A stretch of DNA of 64,000 bases from Takakia lepidozioides (Eukaryota; Plantae; Bryophyta): contig CM060732.1 in NCBI GenBank assembly GCA_030704615.1, forward strand, positions 32,550,001-32,614,000, in the 5' to 3' direction. Positions 27,166 through 40,481 of this stretch are shown in pieces. The position numbers and the translations under genes are program-made. The first letter of the stretch is position 1; every line of letters starts with the position of its first letter. The notes under the pieces were generated by a model. That model was not told the DNA's origin and made no database searches. It was given only the letters and a program-made list of their open reading frames with translations.

Positions 27166-28369
27166 CATACATATTGCAATTTAAATGGTAGTTGCTTCTT
27201 TGATTATTTTTCTTTCCAAAGGAACAACTACGGTGGAAGAAGGGGATTCAACGTTTTCCAAAGAGGATGAAACAGAATATTAAAAGAACATAGTTCAGTC
27301 TGACTCAGAGTCAGTACAATGTATCCCCGCAATGGAACGATTTTCGATTGATCTCGTATTACACTGGGACGTATCAGAGGGTACATTGAACACACTGGCC
27401 AAGGTTTAACCCTTAACAGAGGAGTAGAAAGCAAATCACCGTTGTTTCATGGTGATGGTCGGTCGCACTCCCTTTCTGGGACATTCCACTCAATCTCTAC
27501 GCTGATCTTCAACAATGAAATGTAAGTTAGAGAAAACTTACTGGCGCCTTCTTAGGTTTTGAAATTGGATCCCCTTCTGCAGCTTTCCTCTTCCCTCTCA
27601 CATCTGCTGGAATTTCTGTCTGCTTTAGGGTTTCTGGACCTTCTCCCGGTTTAGCGTTCCTCGTACTTCCACCTCCTTCAGTTTCCCTGCGAGTCATCTC
27701 TGCATCCACAGGCTGGTTTCCAACACGCACTGTTATCGCCGACTGTGTCACAGCCGCTGCCTCAGTCTCGGTCTGCTCTTGTGAATCAGTCTCCGCGTTC
27801 ACCTGCTGCCTTGGCCCTGTGTTCTCCAACAAACGACGCCTCGTCATTTGCTCTCTTGCTCTGCGTCTCTCTCTAAGGGAAGTAAAATAAAGAGACTTTC
27901 TTCTCTTTTGTATTGTAGAAGGAACCCTCTCCAGCTTGACTACCACTCTCCCTCTAAGCGCGAAAAGTAGAAAAACGAAGTGACTCCCGATTTCTTGCGG
28001 GATTGCGAGCGTTGTTGTTTGTCTCTAGAAACATCGGCTCTCGCGTGACCGTTACACATAGTCGTTCCCTTATTAGTGCACATGCCAGCAATTAGTGTAT
28101 AGCTGTTCGTATTCAGTTATCGATGTCTGACGTGTGTCGCCCAAAATAAACGGCGTGTTCTTCATTAGAACGGTTTCAATATTTAAAAATAACAGCGAAT
28201 CCCATAAATCTTGGCGCACAGTCTTAGACAAATATATGTAAATGAACGAGAGTTTGATGACAAATTTTAGGATATCATACACGGTCATCCTTGTTAGCCA
28301 ACCCCACGTTCGTTCACATTTTGAACTTTCCAGGTGCGCATGATCATTGGTAGTAGTATAAAGATACAT

Positions 28370-31356
28370 TTACTTAATCTGCAATCCCACCCTCAGATCC
28401 TGTGGCATGCTTCCAGGAAGTCGGCTTGTTATTGTGTTTATTGATGAGGTTCTGATTAACGGTTTAACAACTGCCGACATTGCTCCTAGGGATACTCTGA
28501 CCACTGGGCCCACAAGAAAAGGGAGCCCTAACCCCGGATTTGCATTGAGCTTGCCACCTTGCACAATTCATCTTAACGAGTGAGACCATTTGTCACTAGT
28601 ACTTGATGTCGCTGCCAAAAGATGTTGCCTGACCAGCCTGCTCCAAGGGCAGGGTAGGTGGGTAAGCGAACGGGGAACCCACTTAGTAAGCAACGCAGTA
28701 ATCTGCGATTGAGGATCAAGCACCCCCCAGCCCCCCATTCTTCTTACTCTAACAAAGCTGCTCCCAGCTGACCAAAGCTCTCTTATTCGCTAAGGATGGA
28801 GTTGCGCCCCAAATAAAATTCATCATCAATGATTTAACTTTCTTTAATAATCAGTGCTCCAGGCGACCACACTGAGGCTAGGAACCATAGGGAGGCCAGA
28901 AGGACTTGGTTAACAATCAAAGCTCTTCCAATGACAGAAAGATGTAGGGAACTCCAATAAGAGAGCTTTTTTTTCAACTTGCAGAGGACAGCATCAAACC
29001 TTATCTCATCATTCAAATCAGTGCCAACCAATTGACCTAGCAGCTCATGCGATTCTCCATCCAAGAGCCATCGCAAGCCTAGCTCAATTCCCCACGGAGA
29101 AGCTGTAGTGGGGTCTGACAGTTGACTCAACAAGCCGACCGACTTTCCCCAATTAATTTTAAGACCAGAGGCTGCACAGAAGGATTTCAACAAACTGAGA
29201 GCAGCATTGACATTGGAAAGAGAGGAATTGTTGATAAACAATGAGGTATCATCGGCATAAAGAGAAGATTTTATGGAGGAAGCAGGGGAGATATCAAGAG
29301 AATTAGGAATAACCAAGCCCAACGAATCTTGTCTCTTATCCATCAAGTGGCCTAGACCATCCGCAGCTATCAGAAATAGAAAGGGAGCCAGTGGGCATCC
29401 CTGTCTAACAGATTTGGATAGGGGAAAGGCTTTAGAGATCACACCATTAATCAAGACTCTGCTAGAGGCTGAAGAAAGTAGAATACGAATCCACTTCAGG
29501 AAGTTCCCATTAATACCAGCCGCTTCCAAAGCACCCCACAAGTAGCACCAGTTGATGTTATCGAAAGTTTTTTCAAAATTTAACATGAGGAGGGCCAACG
29601 GTTGGTTATCAGATCGAGCAAGATGCATCACCTCATTGGTCAAGAGTATGTTATCCAGAATCATTCTCTTTTTCAAGAAACCTGACTGTTCTGGTCTAAT
29701 CAACTTGGACAACAAAAGTTGAAGACGCCTCGCTAGAGCCTTGGCTATGATTTTGTAGGTAGAGTTTAACAAGGTGATCGGCCTGTAGTTAGACAACAAA
29801 TCACGATCCCCTTTTTTGAACACTAGGGTGATGACTCCCTGTGATAACTGCGAGGACATTATCCCTTTGTCCAAAATATCATTGGCCATTTTCAAGTTCA
29901 GTCATTCCCAACCACCCCCCATAGGGCAATGAAAAATTCAACTGGCAAACCATCCAAACCAGGAGTCTTCATCACACTTAGGGCTTCAAGGGGCAGACAA
30001 ACCAATCCGCTCAGCTGAAGAAAGAATTTTGGGAAAGGAATGAAGAACCTCATATCTTGATTCTAAGTGACGAGAGACCTCAACACTTGAAGAGAAGAGC
30101 TTAGCAAAATGCATAGCGGCTGCAGCAGCAATTTCCTTTGGTTTGGAGATGGAACAACCATTGGAATCTGTAATGGAATGGAGATGAGTAGCCTCCCTTC
30201 TTTGCTTTGCCTTCTGGAAAAAATAACCAGTCATTTTTTCACCCTTCAATGACCAGTTCACCCCGGCCCTTATGCGTTGGAATTTTTTTTTTTTAGCATC
30301 AACCTCAGCCAGGTTCCTTTTGGCAGAAAGATAGGATTCCATTGTCACCGCACCATGACTCCCTTCTTCAATCCTCCTTTGACAGTGAGCCAAGCATTTA
30401 GTGAGAGCTTTATGTCGTTGAGCTCTTTCAAGAGCAATAGAGCGAGAAAGGGATTGCGCCAACCTCCTAGTGGCCTGAAGCTTATGAAGGAAGGATATAG
30501 ATGGGGACTGGAATCCAGAGCCAGCAGCGGTCCATTCGCTTTTCAACTGCTGCAAACATTCCACCCGCTTCAAAATGCCAGGGTTTAGTTTGAAATAGCC
30601 TTGGCCTCTAGAATGTAAGCAAGGAGGTCTAAATTCAGCAGATACCACTGCATGGTCAAAGTCTGCAAGGATGGGGGTCTGAGCCATACCTCTAGCCCAA
30701 GACAGAGGGGAATGAGAACAGTAAACCCGGTCCAAACGAGCCATACACAAATTTGGTGGAGCTCTCAGATTGGACCATGTGAATCTCAATCCTTGAGAGG
30801 ATTATGAGTAAATGTCCACCAAACCCACTGAAAAGCAAAGCATGTCCCATGCCACTTGTTCCACATCGGATAATGATTGAGAGGCATGCACCAACCTATC
30901 ATTGAAATTATCAACCATATTGAAATCACCAGCAAGTGTCCAATTCAAGATATCAGGGAAACTTGTGATCTTATCTCTGATTATGTCCCAAAGAGCAGCC
31001 CGATCTAGGGATAGGTTGGGTGCGTAGACGTTGATAAAGGCTGCCTGGCCAAAAGAGGAGGAGGGTTCCGTGAAGGTCTGCACACTTTTTATTGAAGTAG
31101 CCAACGATGGGGATGCCAAAATCGCCATCCCCCCACGGGAGGAGGAGATAGTGGGGTTCCAGCAGGGCACCTGTGCTGGCCAGAAGCTATTTCCAATAGA
31201 TCTTATTTTGTTGTCATCTAACTTAGTCTCTTGCAGAAATATGATCGCTGAGGAGGAAAGAAAGGAAGAAGCCCAAAGTTTGACACGTCTTCTTTTAGGC
31301 ATGGTGGTATCTGAACCTATACCATGAATGTTCCAAGAGTGAAGTGACCAAGTCAT
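28370..31356 (-). mobile_element. L1/Tx1-type LINE ORF2 (APE endonuclease + RT), disrupted and lacking its 3' end
   Basis: SWNIHGI, IFLQETK, INVYAPN, LAGDFN, ARLDRVY; then KTPGLDG, NYRPITLLN, VRQGCPLAP, LYADD. In-frame stops and frameshifts are present. Sequence up to ~32180 may be degraded ORF1. Confidence 0.93.
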
Positions 31357-32189
31357 GTAGGAAATAGCATACAGCCCACAGAGAAGGCTCCACGATTTGA
31401 TGGCTAAAGGAGCATAGCAACAAATAAATGAAGATGGAGGAAGGGAAGCTGGAGGTTTGGACTAGACAACCAATTACATAAACTGAACTTGCCATCCTCC
31501 CAGCAGCAGGTACAAGTCTCAGACTTATGTAGCATCAACTGCCATTTAGCATAAAAGGCCTTACCAATGAAAGAGAGATCACATCCTCTGCCATATCCCA
31601 AAGACTGCCAGTCCATGCCACTAGTGATCCTTATACACACCAAGTGATCCTCAACAAGGAGATTTAGATCAACAGAGGAGAAGAGAGGGAGAAGGGCTTG
31701 AGAGCAGGAGTAAGGGAGCTCACCGGAGGAGGGAAGTGATAGCAAGGTCCATCAACGTGAAAAACTTGTCTTTGATGGGGGATCATCCTCGGAGGGCATG
31801 TTCCGTTGTGCATAGTGGAATTCTTCCACGATCTTCATACCCGCATCGAACACTGCAGACACAAACTTCCTGTTTCCAATTTTCCCAAACTCCACTGGAA
31901 TCCGATCCCCAGGCAGCCAAGTCAGCAAAGAGGAGGAGCTTTCAAGCTCAAGTCTGAGAGACGTATAGTAGGCAGTAGCTGAATACTATAATCTCCAGAA
32001 GAACATTGATTTTGGAAAGCACCAAAGAAGATAGGAGTGTCAGTGTTAAGAATGAGATGAGGAAGAAAATGCAGAAAGATGCTATGGATCTTAGAGAGTA
32101 TCACATCCATTTCTTTCCCCTGAGAGAGAGAATGGACATCTTCCGGGAAGATCCAGGAGCCCACAAAGGTATCCTTGCCAGTTACCAAA

Positions 32190-33482
32190 AGGCCCATTTT
32201 GCTATTTTTGCAATCTCCTCTGTCGAGGTTTCATATATTAAAATATCCACTTTGCTATTTTTCGTGAATTTCCAGCAACCAAAAGTACTAATTAATTTTG
32301 AATCCCAAGGCTCTACAAAAGGTATGCAAAGTATGCCCTGCCTGTTCCAAGTTCTCCGGCGTCGCTTATAGCTTATCTCTTGAACTATGATCCAGCCTCT
32401 AAGACCAGAGCCCTCAACTGCCCTGTTGTTGAAACCTTGAGAGCATAAGCTTTATGGCACCTATGAAAACTAAGATGCAATAATACCTTTCTAGGACACA
32501 CTACTACGATATCTGCCCTCCTTGCCACTGTATTTCTTGATTTACAAACTAAGGCTAGAAAGGCGTGGGCCAAAATATGTGTAGTCATACAACGAGATGC
32601 CACAAACGCAGCGGCCATCCACAGAAACTTTCAGCACACCTGGGGTAGATAGGGGCTCATATGCAGCAGCCCTGTGCAGAATCAATGCTTCTGGAGCGAG
32701 TTTCCCCCAGCAGCCTGGCGAGATCTCCGTTTGCCGCTCCACTCTTTTCCCCGAGTTTGAAAGAGACATTAACTGGAAGCACCGGAAGCCTTCATCGACA
32801 GCTTCCAAGCTTCATTACAGATAGATCCCCATCTCTGATTTTGGAAAGGTCAATGGCTTATTTACTCTCAACGTGCGAGTCCTCCCCTGCTCTTTTGGGT
32901 TGTCTTGGAAAGTCCAACAAGACAGATGTCTCACTTAAGCTTCCTTTCAGATCTTGGACAGAGTGCCCTGTTTTTTGGTCTCCTGGATTAGTCCCCCGTA
33001 AGGCTGTTTGGTTCGTAGAAACAATATTAGATCTTTTAGCACTTACTGTAGAGACAGAGAAGAATATTTTTTTGTGTCTTCGACTTTATCTCCATTCCGA
33101 GAGGCTTGGCTCGTATTATCTCATGGTGTAACATGGGTTTTAATTGTTTTCCCCTCTAAAATAATTTATAATAAATATATCAGGGATATAACCCCTCGTT
33201 CTTAAAAAAATAAAAATAAAAACTTGAAATTTCAAATCTCCCACATGAACGGCCAATCACTGCTCCAAGAAAGCCCACTTTGCTATTTTTCCCGAATTTC
33301 CAACGGCCCAAAGTACTTGAAATTCCACATCTCCCACCCGTAAGTCCAAAAATCATGAGACCAAGCCCCTGCACCCCTCCTCGTCAAGGGCTTTCCAACG
33401 GTAGCAAGCAACAGGCTGGGCCTGCGGTTCGGGACATTTCAATGTGACAAAACAAACAAACTGGCTTCCTTCATATATTGAT
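32190..33482 (+). mobile_element. Non-autonomous repeat (possibly Helitron/Helentron-like) split by the LINE
   Basis: Internal unit CCACTTTGCTATTTTT..GAATTTCCA at 32247 and 33275. It ends in GTGACAAAACAAACAAAC...CTTCATATATTGAT. Confidence 0.4.
32295..33222 (+). mobile_element. 5'-truncated LINE (ORF2 C-terminus, 3' UTR, A-rich tail) inserted in another repeat
   Basis: ALWHL*KLRCNNTF matches the L1 W..W..RN...F motif; the tail is AAAAAAATAAAAATAAAAA. The two flanks rejoin into the unit CCAAA(A)GTACTTGAAATT seen intact at 33308. Confidence 0.8.
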
Positions 33483-35690
33483 ATATGATGAACGCCCGAA
33501 CAAATATGCATTAAATAAAAAACAACCAAGTTTTTTCGAGAAACCGCGGCATTAAATCAAAATCCAAACACATGGCTTTGCTGTAAACAGAGTGCCCTTT
33601 TCCACCAGAATGGCCCCACTGTGATGTCTGCTGCTCGGACCGCTCTTGTGTACCAACTCTTTATTATTTGCTTCTCCTTTCTTCCCTCCCTTTGAGTCCG
33701 ACCGAACCTCCAGTAAGTTCCTCTAGTGATACAAGTATCTTGTGGTTTTCTTTCAATAAAGCTCTCCAGTATTTTGTTGCACAGTTTTGTCCAGACGTCC
33801 ACACTAACGGGTTCACAATGTTCTAAACATGTACAAGTATGCATATGGATCCAACTGTCATGAGTTGTTGATCATATTTCTTCAGGCTGCTTGTCTTCTT
33901 TTTTCTTCCATTTTTCATCATGTTTATCACTGGTTGTCATTGGACACTCTAGTTTTCTAAAAGACGGCTAAACCCATGTTATAGTATATCTTGGACAGCT
34001 TCATTAAAAGAAAACCCAGTCAAGGGACAATTGTCACTACCCAGAGGAAAGGGGGGGCGAAAAAAGGGCACCGGGTCCTCTTGACTTCAATGGCAGCAGA
34101 CTTTTAGTAGCAGTTGCTGTACGTCTAGCAAGTGTGACAGAGTTTAGTTTGCAAATTCAGCAAAGAGCGGGTTCGCCTGTTTGTTGGTTTGCAGAAATTG
34201 GCTGAGCACACGAGGGAGTGAAGACGGAAGCCAAGACGACGACTTTGAGGGGTCTCGGTTCTTTGCTGGGTAAGAAGATGGGGTCGGCGAGGTTCCGGCG
34301 ATGGACATGTGAAGCTGCCTGCTCCGTCTTCACCAAACGTTCTGCACGGTCATTCTTTGGGCGTTGGCTCTTGGTCGTGGGGTGATAAGTTAGTCCCTTT
34401 TCACAGTTCCTTGGTTGATTTGACAGTTCAAGCCCCTTTCTATGTAATCGCTGTCGATTCTGTTACCAAATATTCTCCATTGATTCCTTGGCTCTGTCGT
34501 GAATGCTTATATGTGAGAAGCTCTTAGTCTTAGTGGAGAAGGCACAAAGGACACCAAGTCAATGGATTATGAAGTCGTATCACACTTTCGCTTCATTGGG
34601 TATATCATTTCGCAAAGCTAATTTCTCGTATGCCAAATTAAAACCTAGAGGTGGGTTTTCGCTATGGGTAGCTGCTGTCTTTGAAAAAAATCTAGTGTTG
34701 CTATGGAAAACGTCAGCTTGAATACTGGTATGTAGTGGAGGTACCTCGTCGAAAGTTCCTCTTTCCTGTCAAAGTCACCGATTGCATTGCGATACATTCA
34801 CTGAATTGTTAATCAGGTCGAATAGATGTCTTGGGATCATTCATGGACTAATGAGACCCTGTGAAAGGTTTCCCTGCGTGCATATTATGGAAATTGTGGG
34901 GTTCCTCAGAGTTCCTTCACCTATTACAGAGATGAGGGTCAGAGGATTAATGGAGAGAATTATTGGAGTAAGGAATTGCAGGGGTCAGGAAACGTGAACC
35001 TTCTGTAAAAGTTGGATTCAAATCTTAGCTCCATTGCAAATATTTGTAGCAGGCAATGTGAGGACAGGGCATGGGAGTATGTAGGGAGTTGCGATCATTC
35101 CACTATGAATCAGTTCAGACTAAGAGCAGGATTGTTGGGTGGGACAGACAGCTGTGGGGGTATGGAGATGCGGCTTTTAATGAGGCTGCTGTAGAAATGG
35201 TATGTGAGTCCCTGGACACAAGTCTCTGGACATTATGAGTTTCTCTTTCTTTTTTATCTTTGTTTGTGGCCCCTCTATCTTTCTTGTTTCTTTCTTCCTC
35301 TTGTGCCATAAGCTCTTTGAGCTTCCCGTGGATGCTGTAAAGTATCATTTCAATTCATTTCTTTCTTTCCAGCCAATCTTACAACAAAACTGCAGTTCTA
35401 TGGGGAGATCTTCATGATGATAGAATCTTGTGGCCCAATTACCAGCTGTCTGCAGCTCTATCTCCTCTCTTCTAAGGGCATTGGGGAGGTTTAGGATGGG
35501 CTCCCATGCAGACTGGCAGGTGGGACAACCTGCAACATGAGGACTGCCTGTGCCCTGCTTGCGATGGATACGGGAGATTCTCTTGTCTATCCTGGGGTCT
35601 TCTTCAGCAAAGGACCATTCTCACACAGTTACAGTGGCCAACTGCTCTTCAAGAGAAGAAGAGTCACGATCTTCCGGCCCTCCACCCACT

Positions 35691-35901
35691 TTGTCAACTG
35701 AAGGACCTTTGGAAACCCCCTCCGTCCCATCGGCTTGGAAGAGGCCCCTCGGGTGCGTGACCCCATAATCCACATTGGACTTTATTCAACTGTCAAACTA
35801 AGTTGTTGCCGAACCCAAAGGTTGGGAAATTGTATCAGATGGCGTGAAGAGATTTTGTCCATCATTAAGTTCTTGGGCTTCTTGTATTCCAAATTTTTCT
35901 T
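35691..35901 (+). repeat. Dispersed repeat, inverted copy at 48007-48216
   Basis: TTGTCAACTGAAGGACCTTTGGAAACCCCCTCCGTCCCATCGGCTTGGAA...AAATTTTTCTT is the reverse complement of 48007-48216 with scattered mismatches. Confidence 0.9.
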
Positions 35902-37044
35902 ATGGCTCTTGGCAGAAGTGGTTGTCTGTGCAAACTCGCGGCTGCAAAGTCTTGACTTGATACTGAACTGGCTACTGGAACATCTGCTAGCACTGGCCAT
36001 AGTATGCTTGTGAAACATGAGATGAGTGGTGGTCTGATGAGCTGTATATCGACATTTAACGAAGCATGCTATTTAGTGTACATGTACTGTTAGCCCATCA
36101 CATGTTACTACAGAAAAATCCCCATGTCTTGATGTGATCATGCAGGTGCTGGAGGGAAACCAGCTCGAAGAGAGGTCACTGTTACTTGGTGGAACAAAGT
36201 TGATAATCAAAGTCTAGTACAGGTATTCTCATCACTGCAGTCATGCACTTTGTTGGTCTTTATCTCGTGAGACTTCTCTCCCTGGTATAGTTGGAACCTC
36301 TGTTCTTTAGTCTTCTGTGATTTTCAGCTTAACGTCTTCTGATTTGATAAGGGGCAGGTGTACTCCTCTGTCAAGAAACAGAAGATGGTTGTGAGGTAGT
36401 GATATTCAGCAACGACTTTACGATCAATACAATACTGCAAAGCTTGTTTCTCGAGTGCCTCACTGCCAGTGGAACTTCCAGGTTCATGTACACCTAAAAA
36501 TTAAGTCCCACATCTATCTTCATAGATTCCTCAGAATTGGGTTCTCTAGCTTCAGGCAAGAATACATGTCCTCTTTTAGGTGCAGCCTGAACATAGGTTG
36601 GTTTTGCTTATTAGGCAGCGAAGCTCAACATACCAAGTGGGTTGTGGAAGATATATGTGTGGCTTAAATATGTTCTCACACCATCCAATGTGCTGGTGTG
36701 CAGGTGCAACCCTTCATAGGGCAGCCACATCAGATACATATACACCTGGCGGCACTTGTACATCCCCTAGTGGGTGGGTGTACTCACCTTGGGATCTCAT
36801 TCTATGAGAGATGGTCATGACCTGTCCAGTGATTGCAATCTTGGGTTGTGGATTCGTCGTATAAGTTTTTAAATGTGGCATCTTAATGGTCCATTCTGAA
36901 ACCATTAGGGGTGGACATTGAGCCGAGTGTTTGTACATCCGGTACGGTTAATATATGGTGGATGCATTTAAGGTGATAGTACAAGGGGTACATTACACTA
37001 AACAAACTTTGCGCTAACAAATGAGGATGGTTCATTGTAAACAG

Positions 37045-40000
37045 GTGACCCTCTGTATGTTGTCGGGGGCAGATGGCGAGCAGATTTTACTACTGGGGTC
37101 AGCAGCCTTCAGAAGGAGCTCGATCCTGCCGAGGTTGGGCAAGTTTCTGGCACGGGTGGGGATGTTAGGACATTATGTAAGGCAGGGCAACTAAAAGAGG
37201 CGATTCAGATTTTAAACCAACAAGGCATTTGGTCAGACTCCAATACTTGTGTCTTTATCTTGCAGCAGTGCATCAACATGAAAGCCCTAGCAGAGGGAAA
37301 GCAGGTGCATGCCCACATTGTCCAAAGTGACGTCAAGCCTAACATCATTGTACTTAACGCACTTATTAACATGTATGCCAAGTGTGGGAGTGTAGTGGAT
37401 GCACGCCAAGTGTTCAACAAAATGCCTGCACGAGATGTGTTTACGTGGACTTCAATGATTGGTGGGTATGCGAAGCATGGGTATGGTAGGGAGGCTTTGG
37501 AAATCTATGAGCAAATGAGATGGGAATCCATCGCTCCTAACAAAGTCACTTTCATTTGCATTCTCAAGGCATGTGCCAACTTAGGGACCCTCAAAAAGGG
37601 CAAGAAGGTCCATGGTGACCTCATTCAAGCTGGAATACTGCCAGATATCATTCTGGAAACCGTCCTTGTGGACATGTATGCAAAATGCAGAAGCATGAAG
37701 AATGCCCGTGAAGTGTTTGATAACATGGCTAAACGAGATGTAGTCTCATGGAATTGTATGATCACAGGATATTCTCAGCATGGATGCAGTAGGAAGGCTT
37801 TTGACATCTATGAGCAAATGATGCGGGAAGGGGTAACACCCACCAAGGTCACGTTCATTTCTGTTCTCAATGCAGGTGCCGCCCTGGGGGGCCTCGAAAA
37901 GGTGAAAGAGGTCCATGCCAACATCATCAAAGCTGGAGTTGTGCCAGATACCATTCTGGACACTGCCCTTGTTTATGTGTATTCTGAATGCAGGAGCATG
38001 AAGGATGCGCGTCAAGTTTTTGAGAGTATGACTCAACGAAATGTGGTCTCATGGAGTGCCATGATTGCAGGTTATGCCCGTCATGGGTGTGGAGGTGAAG
38101 CTTTAAAGATGTATGAGGAAATGCAACAGGAAGGGGTGACACCCAACAGGGTGACATTCATTTCCGTTCTCAAGGCGTGTGCCAGCCTAGAAACCCTGGA
38201 AAATGGCAAAGAAGTCCATGCTGACATTGTCAATGCTGGAATCAAACCCGATGTCATGCTGGAGACTGCCCTTGCTGACATGTATGCCAAATGTGGGAGT
38301 ATAAAGGATGCATGTCAAGTGTTCAACAATATGGCTCAACGAAATGTGATCTCATGGAGTGCAATGATTGCAGGATATGCTCAGCATGGGTTCGGCAGGG
38401 AGGCTTTGGAGATGTATGAGCAAATGATATGGGAAGGAGTGACACCTGACAAGGTCACTTTCATTTCCGTTCTCAAGACGTGTGCCAGCCTAGAAGCCCT
38501 GGGAAAGGGCAAAGAGGTCCATGCTGACATTGTCAAAGCTGGAATTGTGCCAGATAGCATTCTGGAAACTGCCCTTGCTAACATGTATGCCAGATGTGGG
38601 AGTGTGAAGGATGCACGTCAGGTGTTCGACAATATGTCTATACGAGATACAGTCTCATGGAACATGATGATCACAGGGTATGCTCAGCATGGGTGTGCTA
38701 GGGAGGCTGTTGGGCTGTATGCGCAAATGCTACGGGAAGGGGTGACTCCCAACAAGGTAACATTCATTTGCGTTCTCCATGCCTGTGCCAGCCTGGCAGA
38801 CCTAGAGAAGGGCCAAGTGGTCCATGCTGACATCATCAGAGCTGGATTCATGCCAGATAACACTGTGGACACTGCCCTTATTGATATGTATGCCAAGTGT
38901 GGGAGCATGAAGGATGCGCATCAAGTGTTCGAAAAAATGACCCAACAAGATGTGATCACATGGACTGCGATGATATCAGGATATGTTCAGCATGGTTGTG
39001 GTAGGGAGGCTTTCAAGATGTATGAGCGAATGATATGTGAAGGGGTGACGCCCAACGAGGTCACATTCATTTGTGTGCTCAATGCGTGTGCAAGTTTAGT
39101 GGCCTTGGAAAAGGGCCGACAGGTCCATGCTGACATCATCAAAGCTGGAATTTCGTCATATGTAAATTTGGAGAATACCCTCGTCAACATGTATGCCAAA
39201 TGTGGGAGCATGAAGGATGCGCGTCAAGTTTTCAACAGTATGTCCGAACGAGATGTCGTCTCATGGAGTGCAATGATCGCAGGATATGGCGAGCATGGGT
39301 GTGATAGAGAGGCTTTGGAGATGTATGAGCAAATGATAGAGGAAGGGGTGAGGCCTGATCAGGTCGCATTCATTTGTGTTCTCAATGTGTGCGTCCGCCT
39401 TGCAGCCCTGGAAAAGGGTAAAGAGGTCCATGCTGACATCCTCAAAACTGATCTTGCAACCTATATTAATTTGGAGAATACCCTTGTCAACATGTATGCA
39501 AAATGTGGGAGCATGAAGGATGCACGTCAATTATTTGATACTATGTCTAGAAAAGATGTGGTGTCATGGAGTGTAGTGATTGCTGGATATGGTCAGAATG
39601 GGTGTGCTAGGGAGGCCCTCCAACTATTTGAACAAATGCATCAAGAAGGCTCAAAGCCAAATGGTGTCACCTATATATCTCTTCTTTCTGCATGTAGCCA
39701 TGTGGGCCTAGTAGATGAAGGCTGTCACTATTTCGATTCCATGAGTCGAGATCAAAGCCTCAATCGGACAGTGGAGCATTTTGGCTGCATGGTGGACCTT
39801 CTTGGCCGTGCAGGGCGGCTGGATGAGGCAGAAGACTTGATTAGCAAAATGCCGATTGAACCAGCTGCTTCAGTGTGGGGGGCCTTGCTTGGTGCCTGCA
39901 GAATTCATGGCAATGTGGAGCTAGCAGAACGTGCGGCAAAATTTCTTCTCAGATGGGATCCACAGGATGCTGCAACTTACGTGTTGCTATCAAACATCTA

Positions 40001-40481
40001 TGCTGCAGCTGGCAGGTGGGAGGATACAGTGAAGGTGAGAAAAATGATGGAGGACAGAGGTGTCAGAAAAGAGGCAGGGCGTAGCTGCATTGAAGTGGAC
40101 AACCAGGTGCATACATTTGTTGTAGAAGACAACTCACACCCACAAATTAAGGAAATCCATTCAGAGCTGAGGAGATTGTATGGACAGATGAAGGAGGCCG
40201 GATATGTGCCTGACACACGCTTTGTATTGCATGACATAGAGGAGGAGCGAAAGGAATTTTCTCTTTGCTACCACAGCGAGAAGCTAGCCATTGGTTTTGG
40301 GCTGATCAGCATGCCCCCTGGGATGCCAATTCGTGTCATCAAGAACCTTCGGGTATGCGGTGACTGCCACACTGCCAGCAAGTTCATCTCGAGAATTGTT
40401 GGGCGAGCAGTTATAGTACGTGATGTCAACCGCTTTCACCACTTCCAAGATGGGGCTTGTTCTTGTGGTGATTACTGGTGA
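37045..40481 (+). CDS. PLS-class pentatricopeptide repeat protein with E1/E2/DYW deaminase domain (organellar C-to-U RNA editing factor); main exon
   Basis: Uninterrupted frame with eight 101-aa L-S-P triplets plus L2/S2, HSEKLA, CGDCH and terminal CSCGDYW. The frame is open back to a CAG acceptor at 37042-37044 (in-frame TAA at 37038), so the start codon probably lies in an upstream exon. Confidence 0.96.

Noticed and set aside
27527-27946. Possible first exon of a basic/acidic protein ending at a GTAAGT donor
   Set aside because: No recognisable domain or downstream exons.
28370-33222. Twin-primed (5'-inverted) single LINE made of the minus-strand EN/RT piece and the plus-strand tail
   Set aside because: A piece of an unrelated repeat (32190-32290) lies between the two parts and continues after the A-tail, and no shared TSD was found. 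Two events explain it better.
37746-40237. Repeated minus-strand ORFs (MLPHLAY...)
   Set aside because: Antisense shadows of the PPR repeats.
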